Assembly: GCA_903813345.2 (NCBI GenBank)
Contig: CAIIXF020000001.1
Coordinates: 48,360,001 to 48,424,000, forward strand
Origin: Owenia fusiformis
Lineage: Eukaryota
Length of the DNA: 64,000 nucleotides
Direction of reading: 5' to 3'
Positions 12,001 through 24,400 of this stretch are shown here, piece by piece (position 1 is the first letter of the stretch; each line of letters begins with the position of its first letter). Both the position numbers and the translations under genes were made by a program. Below the pieces are notes generated by a model. It did no database searches. It saw nothing but the letters and a program-made list of their open reading frames with translations, and was not told the DNA's origin.

Positions 12001-15000
12001 AAATGCATACGCCTGGTCTGTACATATTTTGGACAGTTTTTTTAATATGAGGGTTACCTAAAAGTGGATTGTCAAAAGATTTTTAGAAGATTTAATGTTA
12101 GGCAAAATTTATTTGTGTGCACAATAATGCCATGTCTCAGGTCTTGGCCATTGGAATGACTTATTGTTTTAATATATCTTATTTTTCAGCACTTGGAGAC
12201 AGTGTTTTACTAAGTGCCCAGTCAGTTGGGAAAATAATTTCTCTTCCCGAATGTGACATTGCTCTTGTTCAGTTGACAGATATACCAGGTATGATATTGT
12301 ATAGCAGATATGATTATATGATATAGCTTAAATGTGTGCTGTCCATGGCCATTTACATTTTTACTGACATACAGAAGAATGCTATGTCTGAAATGTGAAT
12401 GCTTTTCACATCTCAGGTTTTGAAGGTCCCATTGTCTCTCAACAATTAAATTTTAGAAACTATGTATTGAATTGCATGTTATCATAATGACTGTGTATTG
12501 AATTGCATGTTATCATAATGACTGTGTATTGAATTGCATGTTACCATAATGACTTTGTATTGAATTGCATGTTATCATAATGACTATGTCTTGAATTGCA
12601 TGTTATCATAATGACTATGTATTGAATTGCATGTTATCATAATGACTGTGTATTGAATAGCATTTTATTATAGTGACTGTTTATTGAATCAAATTTTATC
12701 ATAGTGACTGTGTATTGAATCAAATTTTATCATAGTGACTGTGTATTGAAATGCATGTTGTCATAATGACTGTGTGTTGAATCTAATTTTATCATAGTGA
12801 CTGTGTATTGAATGGCATGTTGTCATAGTGACTCTGTATTGAATTGAATGTTATCACAGTGACTGTGTATTGAATCAGATTTTATCATAGTGACTGTGTA
12901 TCGAATAGTGTTTTATCATAGTGACTGTGTATTGAATGGCATGTTGTCATAGTGACTCTGTATTGAATTGAATGTTATCATATTGATGTTTATTCCATTG
13001 CATGTTTTTTGCTTTATATCCTCTTATAGTACCAAATGGTGGTGTTGTTAATAAAAGCAAATCAGAAGATGATCACTACACATATGTTAACATGAAACAA
13101 TGCTACTGGGAGAATTATTCCAGCATGTGGAGACCTAAGGGAACAATAGGAGACAGGTATATAGGTCTATTTTGCTCATTGATTAAGTTAATCAGTGTTT
13201 CACTGAATGGTTCACAACACAAAAAGACTGTGACGTGAGCTTGGATGTCCATGTACTAGTGTTCAAACATGCTATACATTACCAGTAGCTGTCTTGAATT
13301 AAGACATTAATAAGTAATACAAACAAACATATGCATGTGCATGCTAGATTCAAAAGTCTTCTTGTGTTTCCTTTTCTTTCTCACCTATGAACAATACTTA
13401 AGATGGATCTGATGCTGACCTGTTTATTTTTGCTTGTGGAATGTAAAGCTGTTCTGTTGTAAAGCTTGCTTGCATGGAAATAAAATTGTTAATATGCATG
13501 CTGTCTCGTTTTATATCACCACCACGAGTGGTGACATTGTTATAGTCTCCAACTTTTTTGTGGACAGTGGTTGGTGATTGGCATTCAGTGTCTGTTACAA
13601 ATGCCACATGGTGATGTTTTGCATGTTGAAAGCCTTGTTACACTACAGAATGAGAGGGATTATAGGGCACCAAGTCTTGATGCTCTCATACTCAACAAAA
13701 AAGTACATCACACCATCATACTGTTCATTATTAACAATACCATAAAACATGTTTTGGTAGGGTCACTGCACAGTATGGTGAAGAAGGGGAGGATGGTCAT
13801 CAGGAAAGTAAACCCAGTCAGGGTAAGATGTTGGTTGATGGCCACAGCCCACTTAGAAAACAGGTATGGTTCAGTTGCAGATTATACAGCCTTTAACTGA
13901 GAATGACAACTGTGTTTTAAGTAAATTATTACGACGTTAAAACATATTTTAAAGCCACTGATTTTTCATAACTGATGTTAGGTGTTAGATCTTAGCGTCT
14001 GCAACAATTCATCATTTTTTATAGAACTTATTTAGACATTACAAATAAAACAAACACTAAACATAGTGAACTTGTTTATAGCATCATAAGTCAGCTAAAC
14101 TGCTATTTTTGCATACACTTATTGATTCACTTTTAGCGAGATGCTACTGTGAAGTCTGTATCCTCGCAACTAAAGGTGAAACACAAGCTAAAGCTGACAG
14201 GTAGAACTTCTAGTGACCCGCACAGAGAGGTAGAACACCCTGGTGCCCCTGATACAAGCCCAAGGGAAATTAGTAGCCAGGAGATTGTCCAAGGATTGTT
14301 GGATATTTGTATAAATGAAGCAGTAGGAAATTCAGAGGAAAATACTTCACATAATCTAGAGGTAGATCAATAAATTTCATCCAAGCCCAAGAAAATATAG
14401 AAAATAGGTCAACTTTTGAAAACTTAACAATTAATTCAATGGACAATATTTAAAACTTTGCACTCATCAACATTTGCAAATTCCTAAACTTTGGTATATA
14501 GAAAAACTGCTAAGTTGACCAGTGATCCATTAAATTCATATAAGTGAACTTCTGTAATTGGAATACCTCCTACAAATAAAACCCACTTTGGAAGTTCCCA
14601 ATGATGTTCCACTTACACAGGTTTAAATCTATTTCAATTGCAGGTGAAATCAAGTGAACACCCCTCTATTGTGAAAGACTATGAGACTCCTTCAAATCCT
14701 ACAAATGACACTGTTCCGCAGACATCCCCAGAATCACCCAGTGCATACCCAAAGTCAAAATCCCCTTTGTTGAATGACTCTAGACCTGGGAGTGCAAACA
14801 ACCCTATCCAGGTACCATCTATGGATAAGCTGAACATTGAGGATTCACTGAGTGAGGGAATACCCGATGAGAAGGTGGATAGATGGCTGGCAAGGCATAG
14901 GAAGAGGCTATTGAATGGTTCAACACAATCTGGGACTAGGGCCAGCAGTGCAGCAACTTCACGTAATAAGTAAGTTTAATATTGGAAAGATCTGAGTAAT

Positions 15001-17880
15001 GAATGGTATAATCTTGATTTTCATTAATGTTCTTGTTTTTTTGTATACCATAAACTTCCTGATAAACTAGCTGTTAAGCATAAACTGGAAAAAGTATTGT
15101 ATATACACATATACAGGTATCAAAAAAGTATGGCAAAACATGAGCTAAAGAGAATATCATTTGAATAAAAACTCCTTAGAATGTGAGGAAAACTTCATAT
15201 AATTCTTCTCTGCAAAAATTATAGATACTGGCTGTGCCCATGGTTATGTAGCTGAAACCAATTGATATTTTAAGAGAATGAAAAACAAAAAATAATCATA
15301 CATTTTCAGAACCAAAACAAGAATTCGACCCTTCAGTGCTGTTGATGCCTACCAATTTACTCTGACTCATCCGGCCAAGAAGCTAGATGATACTGCATAT
15401 AGGTCAGCCTATCAGAATACTCGAACTGATGCATGGCGACAAAGTGCCTCCGACAATATGGAAAGAGTGTCTTTCACTGGTATGTGTATCTCCTTGATTA
15501 CTGAGTAAAATCTTTCAGTGGTTATGCATATGAAATAAACCATTTTTCAAAACCCCCATTATGCAGGGGGAATAACCCCAGGGTTCAAAGAAGACATATG
15601 TCTAACATGTAAATCTGTATTGAGAAGACATATCATCCTGATTGGTCAAATCGACAGACAAGCAATGGCGGTTTCAAAATTTTCGAAACACGCTTCGAAT
15701 AATATGTTAATTTCTGGCGTTTTGATTGATATCGCAAGAGACTAAATTATATCTGTTAAATCTTAAGCTCTGGGGCTTTTCTCCCTCTTCCCATTATGTT
15801 AATCAATAGAATGTTATTTAGTATGAATTAAGAAATATAGACCGAAGAGCAGGGCTACTATTTTCGAATACACCCCGCAGGGCTTGGCACAAACGTTTTC
15901 CGAACGAAGGGAGTGAGGGGTTCGAAAGTTTTTGTGCCTAGCCCTAAGGGGTATATTCAAAAATAGTAGCTCTGCTCTGAGGTCTATATTACGATTCAAA
16001 CATGAAAACTCACCAGAATATTGCAAAATCGTCAATTTCGATGTCCATTTCCACTTTTTTCATTTTTACTTCCGGTTGAGCTTTTTCACTGAACGAAACC
16101 AGGTGAAACATTGACTTTGTTCACAGTTTATAAAAGCCGTGAATACAGTCATGTTCGAATAACGAATAACTACCACTTTGAACAAACATTAAGATAGCTC
16201 TGGAATGCAGAATATTATTTATAGTCATGAACTTTTTTGTGGACGATGTTCAGTGATTGACGTTCGGTGGTCAGCATCTGTAACAAATGTAAGGTGGTGA
16301 CATTTTTGTTAAAACCACATTTTTTATATCTTAAGTTGAGAAAACTTGTGCATTATGGATGTTTATGAAACATTTGATTATTGAACGATTCATGAAATTA
16401 CAGATGAAGTTCATGCTCCTGATCATCAGGATAACACTTATGCTCACAATCAGAGGAAAAAACAGGAAAAATCTGTGCTCCATGTTCGGAAGGGTGACAC
16501 ATGGCTAGCAGCAGGACGTAATTTATACTTTGAAGAAGTTATGTCACGTCCGTATGTGACACACACCCCAGGCTGGAAACAGGAATTGATTGACAAGCAA
16601 CGGTCACGCCCCAAATCTGCTGCAGCTCAACGTTCATACAGGTTTGTATTCCTAATCTCCACTGTGATCATTTTTGTTGATAGCATTGTACACAGGGCTC
16701 TCACCAGGCTTTTAGACTGTGGCGCAGCACCACACTCTAGTTAGCTCCCACCACACCCTACTGGTAAATCATGATTGTTTCCACAGTCTAAACTTGACTG
16801 AATATACAATACTAGCATGAAAAAAGGATAAAATATTTATAAATATGATTTATCATGATTGAACCGTAATGCTGAAGATGTTTGCACCACACCCTAAATA
16901 TTTCCTGCTGAGAGCCCTGGTACATGTACCTTAGAGATTTATTTTCTGTCTTTTGTTTAACAATTCCTATGCTAGGGGGTCTTGTGAAAAAGTCACTCTA
17001 CCTTGGTGGGAATTGAATCCAAAACCTCCCAGTTATGTCAATAGAAATCTGAATTTTCATATAATGTCATGTGCATTTGTATTTATTATTATTTTCAGTC
17101 GAGCAACAATTCCACACATCATGACACCATCTTCTATGATTTATGACGGCTATACAGGTAAGGAGAGAACCGATGCTCCGCAACCAAAGATGGCCAAGCT
17201 AAATTCCAATTTTTCTTTAGGTTTAGGGTTGGGGTTTAGGGTTGAAGTATCTTCAGCCATCTTTGGTTGCAAACCGCAAAATCTTTACCCATACAGGTAA
17301 ATGTTACTGAACATTACAAAGAAAGTACAAACAGCTTAGGTTTGTAAAGTATGCAATAGAGTTATGAATAAGACCCTAGTTTATGGTATTCCAGCACCTG
17401 CACTTGTAGAATAGTTGTATTTGAATAATTGATTTATGGCCTGTTTAATACATGGTAGTTTTATTTTAGATCTATACCCATATGTTCATGCAGACTGTTT
17501 AGTGGAAGAAAGATATAGCAGCATCATGTAGAAATGTTCTTGTTATAAATTAGAATGTGGGCTATTGAAAGAATCTGACTTGATTTAAATGCCCACTCTA
17601 AATGCTATGGAAAGCACAAATTGAAAATGGTGCAAATATCAAGATAGCCTTGCTATCCTGTATCCAATTTGCATTTTGATGAATCTCTATTACCCTAATC
17701 ATTCTTCAAATATTGCCCTGTGTTTCAGATCTCTATGACTTTAAGACAGATATGCCAGATATAAGTGACTATAATCAGCCAATAACATACCCGGTACGTC
17801 AACTTGGGCAGACTCGGAATCACCACTGTAACAGCCCCCGGGCAGGATACGGCAGTCCTCGGTCAGCGGCAGAAATGTAA
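576..17880 (+). CDS. Uncharacterised leucine-rich repeat protein (SDS22-like LRRs + LRRcap, long low-complexity C-terminus); 5' end not identified, probably upstream of the window
   Basis: 24 GT-AG exons join in one open frame (2963 nt, about 986 aa, TAA at 17878-17880): 576-703, 943-1099, 1547-1609, 1945-2006, 3916-3993, 4410-4458, 4705-4783, 5207-5309, 6287-6360, 7209-7311, 7864-7982, 8651-8742, 10998-11086, 11381-11503, 11871-12015, 12190-12288, 13030-13156, 13761-13863, 14137-14361, 14644-14969, 15310-15479, 16404-16641, 17099-17157, 17729-17880. LRR motifs: LQSLWLKGNNI, LWYLDLSHNKV, LGTLILSNNEI, LHLSLHGNP. LRRcap: YRIHVIDCLSNIWMLDGRIITSAER. Confidence 0.85.
2159..2569 (+). mobile_element. 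Non-autonomous Helentron/HINE (DINE-1/pearl-like) element
   Basis: Subterminal inverted repeat (ATCCCATAGAAC / GTTCCATGGGAT), degenerate GTCC-type microsatellite, and 3' end GGGATTTGCTAC...GTTGC..TATCTAGTT shared with copies at 2996, 35780 and 39140. Confidence 0.65.
2996..3771 (+). mobile_element. Non-autonomous Helentron/HINE (DINE-1/pearl-like) element
   Basis: 15-bp subterminal inverted repeat ATCCCAACGAACAAA (2998) / TTTGTTCGTTGGGAT (3725), (GTCA/GTCC)n microsatellite at 3041-3092, 3' stem-loop GCTACTCCGCGGAGTTGC, and terminal CTAGTT. Confidence 0.75.
5700..6055. mobile_element. MITE with about 120-bp imperfect terminal inverted repeats
   Basis: 5716-5818 (TTGCTGAATGAATAGGCACATGGTATGGTAAAA...GAACTGATACGCTTCTAAGATAT) is the approximate reverse complement of 5936-6040. 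Confidence 0.75.
6606..7025. mobile_element. Dispersed ~415-bp repeat, copy 1
   Basis: Collinear reverse-complement copy at 29675-30091. Confidence 0.75.
8745..9762. repeat. 64-bp minisatellite, 15 near-identical copies plus one degenerate copy
   Basis: Unit AAGTTTTATTTTGAAAAGTATCATGGTACATGTACCAGTATATTGTGGGCTCCACAGCCTCTTC. Period 64 checked at 8745, 8809, 9001 and 9705. Confidence 0.97.
10067..10898. mobile_element. Palindromic (foldback) MITE with CAC...GTG termini and 5-bp TSD, Transib-like
   Basis: Arms of about 400 bp are imperfect reverse complements (CACAGGCTGGTATCGAAA... / ...TTTCGATACCAGCCTGTG) around a ~25-bp spacer. ATTGA at 10062-10066 and 10899-10903. Confidence 0.85.
12459..12981. 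repeat. 31-bp minisatellite, about 17 diverging copies
   Basis: Unit GACTGTGTATTGAATTGCATGTTATCATAAT and variants. Confidence 0.93.
15834..15990. mobile_element. Short hairpin MITE
   Basis: AATATAGACCGAAGAGCAGGGCTACTATTTT / AAAATAGTAGCTCTGCTCTGAGGTCTATATT inverted ends with further inner pairing. Confidence 0.7.
16693..16919. mobile_element. MITE with CAGGG termini and 5-bp TSD (hAT5-like)
   Basis: TIR CAGGGCTCTCACCAGG / CCTGCTGAGAGCCCTG; GTACA duplicated at 16688-16692 and 16920-16924. Confidence 0.7.
17162..17290. mobile_element. 129-bp MITE with telomere-like core and 10-bp TSD, inserted at a splice donor
   Basis: TSD ATACAGGTAA at 17152-17161 and 17291-17300; perfect 15-bp inverted repeat at 17180-17194 / 17256-17270; TTAGGG-like core. 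Confidence 0.75.
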
Positions 17881-18489
17881 TACTTTCTAGCATCAATTCA
17901 GCTTGTTGGGTTATAGACAGAGGAGGATTTTACCCATGATTCATTGGAGTTCTTTTTACTAATCAGTCATTGAAGATATCATGGGGTTTAAATTTAAAGG
18001 GATTAACCAAAACTAAATGCTATAACATGTACACTAGTTTGCTTATGATAACATTCAAAAGTGCTTCAAAAGCTTTTTAATTCGATCGTTTTTCAATATA
18101 TAAAATGATGACAAAATATTTTGGGATAATGGGAAATAATTTTATCTTTTAGGCAACTAACTGTTATATAATGTACTTCAATTTTCCTTAATAGCAAGAC
18201 TATTTGATGCTTATTAGTTTTTCATCTGACCAAGGACTATCTACATTCAGGGGTCTGGTGTAGACATAACAATGTGTATTTTCTGTGGTGTTCTATTTGG
18301 CATTCTCCATGTGCAGATCTTGTGTTGGAAGCACACATTGAAATAACTGGAGAAAGACATTAGTGTGACTGCTTAAAATGTAGTTGTAATAGATGCATAA
18401 CTCTACCATTGAATATTTTGAATCTGTTAACATTAGCACTTTCTGGCAGTAGTCGTGTATTTATATGTTACAAGTGCCTTTAATGTCAA

Positions 18490-18742
18490 TTATTTTAGTC
18501 TGCTACCTTTGACACATTTATAAACATCATTGTATTGTATGTTAATATTATTAGTATGTTGTGTTTGTCTAACATAGCACTGCACTGGCAATATTATTAT
18601 TTGTGCTCCATTTACTAGTACAGTATGTGGAACAAGTGCATTTTATGTTAATCATTTTAGTCTGCTACCACTGACACATTTATAAACATCATTGTATTAC
18701 ATGTTAATATTGTAGTATGTTTTATTTGTCTAACATAGCACT
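18490..18742. repeat. Direct duplication of about 90 bp (spacing about 162 bp) in the probable 3'UTR of the LRR gene
   Basis: ATTTTAGTCTGCTACC...GACACATTTATAAACATCATTGTATT...TTTGTCTAACATAGCACT occurs near 18490 and 18652. Confidence 0.8.
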
Positions 18743-19217
18743 CGGATTTTGACTTGAAAGACTTTATGTAAAATAGAATGAAAATGACACAACCAATATT
18801 TCTAATTTTGTTGGAACATTCTCAATTGTTGTGTGCTTTATAGGATTTTAGAGAAAGGGATAGGGATCTTTTTGTTTTGTTTCCATTTTATTTCAATCCA
18901 GATGCAAATGATTTCTTGCAAAAGACCTCTGTTTTAATACATTTCGGTTGGCAATCATCCAATCATTTCAGATATAACATGTAATATGAAAATGTGTTCA
19001 ATCCTTATATGATTGTTTAAATTTCAAAAAGAAAAAAGGCTTTTACCATTTTACACTAAATGAGGCCATATCATGCTAGATTTTTGTCACTTTTTGGTGT
19101 TCGTTTTGAGATGACTTGGAAAAAGCTGAATAAAGTACCAGGAGGGTGAGTTTTTGTAGTTTGTTTGTTGGATGTTTCTGAAGTTAGTAGAATGAGACCA
19201 GTAAACATGAGCTGGCT

Positions 19218-19418
19218 CAGGGGCTTAGCCAGGTGGAAAAATAAAAATAGATGAGGCAAATGTAAAAAGGTGAGGCAATTGTAAATAGGTGAGGCAATTG
19301 TAAATAGGTGAGGCAAATTAAGGTATAATACTACCATTGGACTTCATTTTCACAATTTGAGTTTTAAAAATTTGACGAGGCAATTGCCTCTCCTGCCTCA
19401 TGCCTGGCTTTGCCACTG
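19218..19418. mobile_element. hAT-like MITE with internal 20-bp tandem repeats
   Basis: Ends CAGGGGCTTAGCCAGG / CCTGGCTTTGCCACTG; flanks CTGGCT / CTAGCT; repeated AAATAGGTGAGGCAATTGT. Confidence 0.6.
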
Positions 19419-21021
19419 CTAGCTTGTAAAGGTTGTATTCTCTAGCTTTACATCTACACATAAATTATTTTGCATGTATTATATAGATGTACCAGGTATG
19501 CCTGTAATAATTACATTAGAATAGGAACATTAATTGACAGAAATGATTTTTACTCATAAAAGCAATTTTCTTTATTTTAAATTATGATTATAATATTATA
19601 TCATAACTAGCATTTTTATGTTAATCTTAAAGATAATAATATAGTTGATTAAATACCAATATTTTCATGACAAGAATCTCGCAAAAATGATAATGTATTA
19701 TTTTTAAGATGTATTTTTGTTTTAAGCGTACAGTCCTTTTTGGTTCTAAAAGGGTTGCAACATAAAGTTTTGAATTCATTGTGATCTAAAATAACAAAAT
19801 GGATAATCATACATGTCATTATTTTTATTTAAATTTTCAGGAGCAATAGTTTTCATGGAGCGACATGTAACGATTGTCTAGACAGAACATATATTGACAT
19901 GGACTTCTACAGTAATCTGTTTAACTAAATATAGTTACTATATCATAATTTGACTATATGAATCTTTTCTGCATCTTAGAATATATACAGTACATGTACA
20001 TGTATTTTATTAAACAGGTGATATTAAGATATGTTGAACTGTGACAACTGAAACTTTGTGAATCAAGACAATATTAAGTAGACTGTGATCTGTTGATACA
20101 GGAAACGGTGTGATTAACACACATTCTTTGAAGTAGACTGTGATATAGGAAACGGTGTGATTAACACACATTCTTTGTTGATATTGAATCTACTGGAAAA
20201 CAAATGTTAGGGATGACATCCAATTGTCAGCAAAGAAGATGTCGGTTTCATATGTTCTGGGCCAATATAAAGATGGCAGCACCAACAGAATCTAGTATTA
20301 AAAATGATTTCTATCGCCCTTAGACTATGGTTGATTTGACTTTATCCCTTGAATGATTAGAAAATCAGCATTCATCACTAACAAAATTAAATTGACCAAG
20401 GCTATATATTTTTTTTGAATGTAGATAAACAATTTGATCTCAAATATTTATATATGTAAATGACAAGGCTGACCTTTGTGTTAAATACATTTTTCTATAA
20501 CACTTAAGAGAAGAGGTCATTCAAAATACAGTAAAACCTGCCCTAACATAGAGTTACCCTTTGAAAGGTGTTTGCAGGTTTTATTGTACAGAAATTAGTG
20601 CCTAAGATGGAGGTCCTATATGATACATATGCCCTTTGATGTATGCCCTTGGATTGTAAATAAATGCTACAATATCTCAACTAACAAATGATAAAAATAG
20701 TGTGATATAATATAGATAGTGCCATATTACATGTTTTACAGTAATTTATACAATATTTAACTATGTATTTTGTAAGCAATAGAAGTATGCTGTAAATAAA
20801 TGGTATGTGCCTGAATTATATTTTATGTCTAATTTTTAATCAATGTGGCAGCAAAAATATGAGTGTGGAATTTTGAGAGCAATTGATTGATAAACATACC
20901 GATGTGTTCCTCAAAATCGCTTTTAATAGGCTATATGAAATACAATTTGAGATATCTGATCAATTAAATATTGAAGATCTTTAAGATGCATATATGGTCA
21001 ATTCTATAAATGAAAAAGTTG

Positions 21022-21952
21022 GGGTCCGCGCATCATACCGAAACCCATTATACCGACGCGCATTATACCGAAACCAACAATACCGACGCGCATTATACCG
21101 AAACCCATTATACCAACGCGCATCATACCGAAACCCATTACGTGCATTATACCGAAACCCATTACACCGACGCGCATACCAAATGGCGTTATGCCGACGC
21201 ACATTGTAAAGTTTTCCTGTGTATAACTATCTGCGTGTAAACTTAAGAATCAACCGTTACGCATTGAACTTTATTAATAGATGACGAAACATTTTTTGCT
21301 GATATAATTACATATGATATGAACGGGGATTTGAAATAGCGAGCCACGTGTACATCAAACCATTGGAAATCTTATTTAGTGTTCTTTAATCTCATTTATA
21401 ACAAAATCGAATCAAATGTTCAGGAACTGGGAAATGAAGTGTTACGCACAGAACTTTAATAATAAATCACGAAATATCTTCGCAAGCTATCAACATTAAG
21501 CTTACGTACTATTGAAATTCATTGTATTCTTAAATCGATTTTGATCCAAACTAAGCTTAAAAAATAAATAAGTGACATATTTTTGCAGACTTACAACTTG
21601 CACATGAAGGTTTGACTTGGGCTGTGATTTTAGGCTGTTTGTAGTATTGAGTTTCCCTTCCTTGATGAAGCTTATACTAGATTAGTATTCTGTTGCTATT
21701 TCTTACCTGGTCTTCCTGATTAAACGTGCATGATTTTCAAATATACTTATCATACTCTTCTACTGTTATCATACATCTTCCATTACAAGCCTTTTTACAT
21801 CACAAAATCATGGTGTCGGACTGTCGGTATACAGCAATGGTGTTCGATACAACGCGCACGGATTCAGTCGGTACAACGCCCCATCGGTATACTGTATTGG
21901 TTTTCAGTACAATGCGCGTCGGTACAATGCGCGTCGGTATCATGGTGACCCA
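21022..21952. mobile_element. Foldback/Mutator-like non-autonomous element with subterminal 15/30-bp tandem repeats
   Basis: Left arm (CATTATACCGAAACCCATTATACCGACGCG)n; right arm inverted (CGCGTCGGTACAATG)n; GGGTC...GACCC ends; AAAAAGTTG on both flanks (about 9-bp TSD). Confidence 0.75.
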
Positions 21953-22329
21953 AAAAAGTTGATGTCTACTGACCATTATCAAAGAATAGGATTGTTTAAA
22001 GAGGGATGTTGCAATAGCAGAGCACAATCAAAGATCCCGTGGATTTATTTGTTGAGGTGTACCACATATCCACACATAGCTCGGCAAGGCGTGTCCGATT
22101 TCAGCCAATCATATTGTAAGTTGTCATGGCGACAATCCATGATACTGACTGACACAAACAGACGGTGACAAGTTGACCTTTGCAAAAAATATTTTGCATT
22201 TGTGAAAAGAATTTAAGCCCAAATGCAAATGTGGAATGGCTATTCCTTTCAGGCATTGTTTCCTAAAATTAACACTCGATAATGGCGCATCTCGTAAATT
22301 TTGGAAAGTAACACTTTCAAGAAAAGGTC

Positions 22330-22980
22330 ATTTACCTAAAAAACCAATGAGACTGGATACAATTGCCAAATACTTCTCTGATACGCGTGCCAGGTCTATA
22401 ATTGCATTTTCTCATGGAAGGAACCAAGCAAAAATTATAGAAATAATTCTTTGTTAAGGTGATTTCTTCAAATTCAAATACTGAACCGCTTTTACGCACA
22501 CGTGACCTTTTCTCCTTTTGCTCATTTCATTTATCCTAAAATTCAGTGAGCCTAAATACATTGCCTAATACTTCTTTAATACGTATTGGATCTAAAATTG
22601 CAGTTTAAAGAAATCGAACAATCATCATAAAAATAATTATGTGTAAAGGTGATGTTCTTCAGATTATATAAACATCAAAATTGTACTATAATTAATTTAT
22701 TGAATGTTAAATATCCACATGCTTTTACGCACACATAACCTTTCCCTTTTTGTTCATTTTATCTATCTTAAAATCAGTGAACCTGAAGTCATTGCTAAAT
22801 ACTTTTTGATACGAGTCAGCTGCAGGTCTAAAATTGCATTTTATCTTGGAACAAACAGAGCAATCATTATGAAAATAATTCTGAGTAAAGGTGATGCTCG
22901 AAAGACAATATAGGTGTCAATTTGACTAATTCGGTTACTCAAAATGAAATATCATGTGGCACATGCTTTTACGCACACAT
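22330..22980. repeat. Degenerate tandem repeat, about 3 copies of a 200-235-bp unit
   Basis: Recurring AATACTT...ATACG...TCTAAAATTGCA and GCTTTTACGCACAC blocks. Confidence 0.6.
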
Positions 22981-23594
22981 GATAATTTTCTGAATGACGC
23001 TACTTTTTGGATTCAACCATGCGTAAAACGTAATAAAATACACATTTCTACCGAATTTATTAAGGGATTTTATTGGAACTGACTGATATTTGGTGAAATA
23101 TCGTATTTTCTTTAACTTTTAAGCGATTCAGACATTTAAAAAATGATGTTTTAGCCTAATCAATGTTAATTTCGCACGAATGTAGGCCGATGGTACAAAA
23201 TGAGTGAAAGTCTCACGTGTTTGATTGCATTTTAGGCTACTCCCGTTTATGTGCATTTTTCTAAAATTAAAATTAGATAGTTGGAGAGACGAGATCAGTA
23301 AAATTCTATCCGTCACTTTCATTTTCAAATGTTTAGATTTTAATGGTCCTCATAAAGATGGTAGCCAACGGACCAGAAACAAGTAGTGCGATGACGTCAT
23401 ATATCGCTACACCACTTTGATATACTGATACAGTTTGGTAAACAACAATGTTTTTGTTCAATGTGCCGTCCTACTGGTAAGGAATGAGTTAATCATATGA
23501 TGTTTGAATGATTGTGCTGATTGCACAGGACAATCAGGTGGCAGTTGACAAATTCAAAACAAACAAGTATACCACAGGACAGTTGAAACAACAC

Positions 23595-24400
23595 GGGTTT
23601 GTAGAAAAAACCGGGTACCGGGTAGTATATCCTCCATGTTGGGTTCAAACTTGGTACACAACATATACGGATCATAATTAGAAAACGTGTAAGATTTGTT
23701 TTGAATTTACAAAAATGTAATCTTCCTTCAAAATTGAGCTAGAAGCTTCAAATAAAAACCATTTTAAGGCTCTTTTCTTCCTCTACCATCATGGTCATAT
23801 TTTCATTGGTTATGGGGGGAGGGGGTTGGAATTGCGATCGCACAATCGCACCCCCTCCTGCATATCCAGCAATCGTAATGTTAAATCGGACATCACCTTA
23901 TCTCCTAACTGGTACTATTACGGAGATTTCGTGTCAACACTTTAGTCTACTAAATTAATGTTTAAAACTCATGTGAGCGTTAATGCAGGGGCATTTCATA
24001 CAGCCTATAAACACAGATATTGGCCAGATCGTTTTGTAGTAGGATCTCATAGGCTCAAAGAATAATATTTATTGAGCTACTGATCCTACTATAAAAGAAT
24101 CTGGCCGGGATCTATGCCTATAAACACCGCCCTTTCATCAAATGTGTTTTCTGGTTTCTTTAATTTCGCCAATTTCTTAAGAAATTGATGGATAATTATC
24201 AAATTTTGGTCCTACTCTCTATTGATTTATATGGTGTCCTAATTACAATTATTTTCCTTATTATTAATACACAATCAGGGCCACTAAGGGCCGGAAAGAA
24301 AGGGGACCATAATCCCCAGGGGACCATAATTTCTTTTACACCAAGTTTGAACCCAGCATGGAGGATTTGCTACCCAGTACCCGTTTTTTTCTACAAACCC
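23595..24400. mobile_element. Mutator-like MITE (GGG termini, 10-bp TSD), copy 1, 200 bp upstream of the COX5B ATG
   Basis: TIR GGGTTTGTAGAAAAAACCGGGTAC / GTACCCGTTTTTTTCTACAAACCC; flanks GAAACAACAC / GAATCAACAC. Confidence 0.8.

Noticed and set aside
13571..13900. 109-aa ORF as an exon of the LRR gene
   Set aside because: The phase-compatible exon is 13761-13863 in a different frame; the long ORF is incidental.
17216..17245. Telomere-like TTAGGG repeats as an interstitial telomere
   Set aside because: Only a few degenerate units, and they form the loop of a TSD-flanked MITE.
20981..22027. Cluster of repetitive ORFs (HYTET, GFGIMRV, YRNPL)
   Set aside because: Produced by 15/30-bp subterminal repeats of a transposon that are open in several frames.
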